From Octopus vulgaris (taxonomy: Eukaryota): DNA of 64,000 nucleotides. Shown here piece after piece: positions 57,643 through 64,000 of the stretch (the first letter of the stretch is position 1; each line of letters opens with the position of its first letter). The stretch is from assembly GCA_951406725.2 (NCBI GenBank), contig OX597814.1:129828001-129892000 (forward strand), written 5' to 3'. A program made the position numbers and the translations under genes. The notes below the pieces were generated by a model that had not been told where the DNA came from, searched no databases, and was given only the letters and a program-made list of their open reading frames with translations.

Positions 57643-58802
57643 AAACATACAATAATGCCGATGATATCTTTTCTTTTTCCTATAAGCACAAGGTCTGAAA
57701 TTTTGGTAGAAGGGGGCTTGTTGATTACATCAAAGATGTAAAGCAAAGTTGAGCACGGCAAAATTTGAACTCAGAATTCAAATAGCGGAGAGAAATGCTG
57801 CAAGGCATTTTCCCTATCGTTTTTGAGGATCTGCCAGGTATTCGCATTGTTTCTTTATTAGCCACAAGAACTCGAAAGTTACAATAAAATAAAATACAAT
57901 GAAGATTAAACAGAGGACTTACATAGTCTTGTGCGATGGAGCAAACAAGTTATCTGATGATGGAGGGAGAATAGAAAGACATTGAATAATTAAATATGGG
58001 GCAAGTTATAAATTCACAAAAACAACAAAATTGCCAAAAAAGCATACAATAATCTTGTCTACTATAGGCACAAGGCCTGAAATTTTGGGTGGAATGGGCA
58101 AGTCGATTACATCGACCCTAGTACTTAACTGGTACTTAATTTATCGACTCCGAAAGGATGAAAGGCAAAATCGACCTCAGCGGAATTTGAACTCAGAACG
58201 TAGCGTAAGACGAAACACTGCTAAGCATTGTGCTCGGCGTGCTAACGTTTCTGTCAGCTTGCGGCCTTAACAAGCATACGATAATGAAAATCAGATTGGT
58301 TCTAAAATGGATGGAAGTGTTAATTAGGACAACCCATTTTTTACTGATTAAATAACTTGTTTACGCCCTTCCTCTATTATTCATAACTGGAGGTCTCAGG
58401 ATCTGGCGTAAAGAGCTCTTGGTTTACATTGGGTGGGCGAGATCCCACTTTTGTCCTGTGGCTTGTGACATGTGACACCATGTAATGTTATTCAGAAATT
58501 TATTCCAATATTCTATCCTCTTCAGGATTCCTGAAGTGACTTCCTATTCCCATTTCCCACCCAGCAGTACAGTCTGGAAAGTCCTGGAGTATATCATGTA
58601 GGTGTTGATTGAGATATTTGTTAGCCTTGTAAAGAGCTGTGAACTTATTTCATTTATGTTGGAGAGAGTTCCTTCACAAAGAAGTTGGGTTCTCCTTCAC
58701 AGAAGGTAGCCTCCTCTTCACTAGAAAGGGGCTCCTGAGTCTGGACCGGTGTCATGGAAAATAGATAATAAACATATATCTTAATAATAATAATAATAAT
58801 AA

Positions 58803-58847
<45 letters not shown>

Positions 58848-59114
58848 TCGTTTGGACTTTAGCTGTTCCTTCTAGCGTAAAGTAGTCCTATGATGGATAC
58901 CTCTTAATGTGTTTAAATGTACACTGTATTTTATATGAATAATATATAGTCTATTGACTAATTTTTCTATACGCTATGCCACTGGTAGTAATGAAAGAAA
59001 GCCACGAATGACCTGTCCTTTTTTTACTGTTCTTCTGTTGTATTTCCTCTCCGCCTTTTGCATCGTCTATCTGTCCAGATGTTTTACTGTCCTCTTGCGT
59101 TTTTGTGATATATA

Positions 59115-59517
59115 TCTCTTTACTCTTTTACTTGTTTCAGTCATTTGACTTCGGCCATGCTGGAGCACCGCCTTTAATCGAGCAACTCGACCCCGGGACT
59201 TATTCTTTGATAAGCCCAGTACTTATTCTATTGGTCTCTTTTGCCGAACCGTTAAGTAACGGGGACATAAAACCCCAGTATCGGTTGTCAAACAATTGTA
59301 GGGGGACAAACACAGACACACAAACACACACACGCATATATATACATGCATATATACGACGGGCTTCTTTCAGTTTCCGTCTACCAAATCCACTCACAAG
59401 GCTTTGGTTGGCCCGAGGCTATAGTAGGAGACACTTGCCGAAAGTACCACGCAGTGGGACTGAACCCGGAACCATGTGGTTCGTAAGCAAACTACTTACT
59501 ACACAGCCACTCCTGCG

Positions 59518-59519
<2 letters not shown>
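59115..59519 (-). mobile_element. SINE family A
   Basis: Full-length homolog. Confidence 0.9.
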
Positions 59520-59565
<46 letters not shown>

Positions 59566-59567
59566 TA

Positions 59568-59939
59568 CAGGGTGATTCAGAAGTCGCTGTAAATAGGAAT
59601 AATTTATCTTTTTATAAGAAACAGTTTATAATAACAGTTTTTTTTAATATATAACAGGCTCTATATTGTTACCATTGTTTTGAATAGACATTGCAATACG
59701 TTTACCCCACTCATTGTGAACTCATAATAGCACATCTGGTGATACGTGTGCAAATGAGTTGGTGAAGCGTTCCTTCAAATGATTTATGTCTTTTATCCTT
59801 TACTGATACACCATGCCTTTCAAATGACCCCAAAGATAGAATTCACGAAGGGTGAAATCAGGGGATCTAGGGGATCTTATAAACTGTTACTGATAAAAAA
59901 AATATTTTTCCTATGTATGAAGACTTTTGAATCACCCTG
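59568..59939 (-). mobile_element. Non-autonomous Tc1/mariner deletion derivative
   Basis: TIRs CAGGGTGATTCA.AAGTC with TA TSD, and the remnant PRSPDFT..EFYLWGHLKGMVY...LKERFT. Confidence 0.85.
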
Positions 59940-60378
59940 TATATTAGCGAATTTCAACGCGATGCAGCTCATAAGTATGGGTGTGTGTTAAGTCGTGACG
60001 GATCTTTCGTATTGATACGAACATATCATAAATGATAACATCTCCGTCACCGTTAAGACACGCACATACACAAATACACTCAAGCACGTGCGTATACATG
60101 CACATATACGCAAGCACACACGCACAAGTGAGTTTTCACGCACGTACGCATTTGATTAATTGGACGTTTAAGATAGAATAACAACAAGCATGGATTATTC
60201 CATTTACAAACTGAAATTAGTGGAGTAGGTTGTTGAGAAGTTGTAATTAAATCTAAAGTGACATATAAAACATCCACTACTTATCCCTTACATTAGTGCC
60301 AACTTCATCATATTCTACTTTGAGGCAGTAAACGACTGCACAGACTTAATATACAAACACATAATATACAAACACATA

Positions 60379-60490
<112 letters not shown>

Positions 60491-60566
60491 ATGTTAGTAT
60501 ATGTAAGTATTCGTATGTTGTATATATGTATTTTTGTATATTTGTATTTATGAGCTATCTGCGTAT

Positions 60567-60625
60567 ATTCCACTGATGAAGGCAAAGCATTTCTTATGCA
60601 GACTTAGAAATCCGGGATCTGGAAT
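60567..60625 (+). ncRNA. Type-I hammerhead ribozyme motif
   Basis: attcca-CTGATGA-..gcat ttctt atgc..-GAAA-tccggga-TC-tggaat with an AUC triplet. The base of stem II is weakened. Confidence 0.65.
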
Positions 60626-61011
60626 TATCCAGTTATTTATTTGCTAGTTTATTTTGTCTCTTTGTCATCACTCCTGGTGCTATATGAACATTTTATGTGG
60701 TTTTACAGTCAAGTTTTGGCTGTTATATCTAGCATGGTGGTATCTCTTAGATACCCTTAATTATAATTTGAATAATAATTATTACCTTTGAGGTTTTTAT
60801 TCCCATGCTATCCACCTTATAAGATCGGTATTTTATATAACGATCTTATCCTTATTTATATGAATTTATATATTTATTTCGTCATTATATTCACTGCGGT
60901 GGTATTTTGACCATATCGCACGAGGAATTTTAGGCGGGCAATTTAAACTGGTCGTGTACATACGTGCATATATGTGTATGTATATGTTCGTATATGTAAG
61001 TATTCGTATGT

Positions 61012-61050
<39 letters not shown>

Positions 61051-61071
61051 ATTTATGTGCTATCTGTGTAT

Positions 61072-61130
61072 ATTCCGCTTATGAAGGCAAAGCATTTCTT
61101 ATGCAGATTCAGAAATCCGGGATCTGGAAT
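61072..61130 (+). ncRNA. Type-I hammerhead motif, core mutated to CTTATGA
   Basis: Paralog of 60567-60625. Confidence 0.55.
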
Positions 61131-61696
61131 TATACAGTAATTTTTTTGCTAGTTTATTTTGTCTCTTTGCCTTCTCTCTTGGTGCTGTATGAACAGTTAA
61201 TGTGGTTTTAGAGTCAGGTTTTGGCTGCTATTACTAGCATGGTGTTATCTCTTAGATACCCTTAATTATAATTTTAAATATATATATGTGTGTGTATATA
61301 TGTATGTATGTATGTATGTGTGTGTCTTTGTGTCTGTTTGTACCCCTCATCACCATGTGACAACCGGTGTTGGTATGTTTACGTCACAGTAACTAATCCT
61401 GTAAGTGGATTTGGTAGACGGAAACTGAAAGAAGCCCGTTTTATATGATTATATTTAAGTGTGTGTGTCTTTGTGTCTGTGTCTGTCTCAGTCTCTCCAT
61501 CACCGCTTGAAAGTCGGTGTTGGCGTGTTTATGTCCCTGTAATTTAGAGGTGCAGAAAGAGAGACCTATAGAATATACCAGGGGTCGATTTCTTCGACTA
61601 AAACCCCTTTAAGGTGGTACTCCAGCATGGCCGCAGTCAAATGATTGAAACAAATAAAAGAATAAAAGAAAGAAGAAAAAATATACACATATTTTA

Positions 61697-61861
61697 GGCG
61701 CAGGCGTGGCTGAGTGGTAAGTAGCTTGCCTACCAACCACATGGTTCCGGGTTCAGTCCCACTGCGTGGCACATTGGGCAAGTGTCTTCTACTATAGCCT
61801 CGGGCCGACCAAAGTCTTGTGAGTGGATTTGGTAGACAGAAACTGAAAGAAGGCCGTCTTA

Positions 61862-61950
<89 letters not shown>

Positions 61951-62152
61951 ATGTTTGTGTGTCTGTGTTTGTCCCCCTACCATTGCTTGACAACCGATGC
62001 TGGTGAGTTTATGTCCCCGTAACCTAGTCGTTCGGCAAAAAAGACCGATAGAGTAAGTACTAGGCTTACAGAGATTAAGTCCTGGGGCGGTTTGTTCGAC
62101 TAAAGGCAGTGCTCGAGCATGGCCGCAGTCAAATGACTGAAACAAGTAAAAA
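61697..62152 (+). mobile_element. SINE family A
   Basis: Full-length homolog. Fragments also lie at 61320-61670. Confidence 0.9.
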
Positions 62153-62304
62153 AATATACACGTATATACATTTTTATATGTATGCATATATATATATATA
62201 CATGACACATGTATATATTTATGTATACATGTCTATATATGCATGTACACGTAATATTTATCTTTCTCTCTTTCAACTTTTCTCTCTCTATATATATATA
62301 TATA

Positions 62305-63593
62305 CAGGGTGGGGAAGCAAAATTTACAATGAACGTTAAGTTGTTTTTTCTCAGGAGGCACTTAGTCAATTGTTTTGAAACCTAGCATATATTGATGTCA
62401 TACTCATACCTAACACTATTATCCTTACCTTTTCAGAAACTTTTGCCCATATGAGTAATCAGGAAAGCAAAAGTCAAAGAATGTGTGATTTTCTGAATGC
62501 ACTCGTCACACCAAAAGAGATTTCAAAACACATTGTAGTGTCCATAAAGACTATTTATAATGTAAAGAATAGAATGACTATGAGCAAAACTATTACGAGG
62601 AAGTCTGGAAGTTGAGGAATCAATAAAAAACGTACCGAAGCTTTTATTAAAGCTCTCAAATCCAAAATCCCAAAGGATCCAACCAAATCCATGAGAAAAA
62701 TGGCAATTGATCTTGAGGTAGACAACAAGACCATTAGAAATGCTGTAAAATATGATTTGAAGTTAAAATCTTACACAAGAACACCAAAACATTTGTTGAC
62801 AACAGCTATGAAGGAAAAGAGATTGGGGAGGTGCAAGAATATTATTACATGGTTCAAGAAAAAGTCCTCCATTGTAACGATCTTTTCAGATGAAAAGATC
62901 TTTACTGTCGATGCTGTTCTGAACAGCAGAAATGACAGGTTATTCGCAAAATCAACAGCTGAAGTGAAGGGGACATTCAAAACAAAAGATTCTGCTCAAG
63001 TTATGGCTTTTGGTGTTGTGGCTTCCGATGGAAAGAAAATGCCTATAAAATTCTACAAAGCTGATGAAAAGATCAATGTTAATACTTACTACAAGACTCT
63101 GAGATACGTGGTATTGCCATGTCTTAAAGCAAACTACCCAGATGGTAATTATGTATGGACACAGGATGGTGCTCCAGCCCACACAGCTAGCAAAATAAAA
63201 GATTTCTGCAAATCCAGCTTTAGTAATTTTTGGACTCATGTTTATGGCCGCCTTCTAGCCCAGATCTAAACTCTCTGGATTATGCTATTTGGGGCGTTTT
63301 AGAACATGCTACCAATAGAACATCACACAGCAATGTCGACTCTCTTAAAGATATTATTAAAGAAGAATGGGAGAAGTTGTCTCTCGAACATTTGAGGAAC
63401 ACCTGTGCAAGTTTCAGGAAGCGTGTGAAGGCAGTTATTGAGAAAGGAGGAGGACACATAGAATAAAAACATTTTCTATTATGTAAATTTTCTTGTGGCA
63501 AATAAATTCTCATGACTTTCAATAAACAAATAGGTCATACACTGTCATTCAATCCCTGACTCAAAATATTGTAAATTTTGCTTCCTCACCCTG
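62305..63593 (+). mobile_element. Full-length Tc1/mariner DD37D (maT-like) transposon, inactivated
   Basis: 26-bp TIRs CAGGGTGRGGAAGCAAAATTTACAAT with TA TSD. The transposase (62451-63466) has IFSDEK, QDGAPAH and WPPSSPDLNSLDY, with 37 residues between the last two Asp. It carries one stop (~62613) and one frameshift (~63232). Confidence 0.92.
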
Positions 63594-63617
63594 TATATAT
63601 ATATATATATATATATA

Positions 63618-64000
63618 TCCTTAAATCCTTAAAATCCTTAAAAATGTTTTAGCCCGAAGGCCGCGGCCATGCTGGGGCACCACCGCTGAATGAGCTACAC
63701 TAGTTTGTGAATCCACCTCTGATACGTGGCACTTGATCAACAAGGGAGTTCGATGCTGCTGCCCGCATCCGTGTCTCCTGTCGTGAGGTAGGTTCATCTG
63801 GGACTCCCAACAAGAAGAGATCCAGTTTAGTTTTAAAGAAACCCACATCCACACCATGTAAGTCTCTCAGGCATTTAGGGAGGATGTTAAAGAGCTGTGG
63901 TCCTCTGAAACCCAAGCTGTTGCAGTATCTGGACCTGTATTTTGATGGTGATGTTGGAATCCTTGGCACCACGCAGCGGCGCCCCGTTCTGCGGTTTGAG
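63618..64000 (-). mobile_element. CR1-group LINE 3' end, running off the window
   Basis: NSLGFRGPQLFNILP..LR...VDVGFFKTKLD.FL, a 3' UTR stem-loop and an (AAGGATTTT)n tail. Confidence 0.8.

Noticed and set aside
60218-60280. GAGTAGGTTGTT resembling let-7
   Set aside because: It lacks the UGAGGUAG seed and a proper precursor hairpin.

Overview
AT-rich, microsatellite-saturated eukaryotic intergenic or intronic DNA. The SINE and microsatellite content resembles an Octopus genome, which is my inference. I find no credible host protein-coding exon: nearly all listed ORFs are read-throughs of simple repeats or SINEs. Retroelements present are five families of tRNA-derived SINEs, RTE LINE remnants, five R4/Dong-like RLE LINE remnants sitting in (CATA)n tracts, a CR1-group LINE 3' end, a Gypsy LTR+gag fragment and Penelope-like (GIY-YIG) remnants. 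DNA elements are two non-autonomous Helitrons, a near-complete DD37D (maT) Tc1/mariner and several MITEs. The most notable unexplained structures are: (1) type-I minimal hammerhead ribozyme motifs from several unrelated repeat families, including one with an intact core (25628-25718) and a ~505-nt tandem, retrozyme-like arrangement (60490-61278); (2) a SINE family that nests into its own head at GGTATT; (3) a ~2.3-kb nested fold-back. All coordinates and translations were read by eye, and element boundaries are approximate unless TSD/TIR positions are given.
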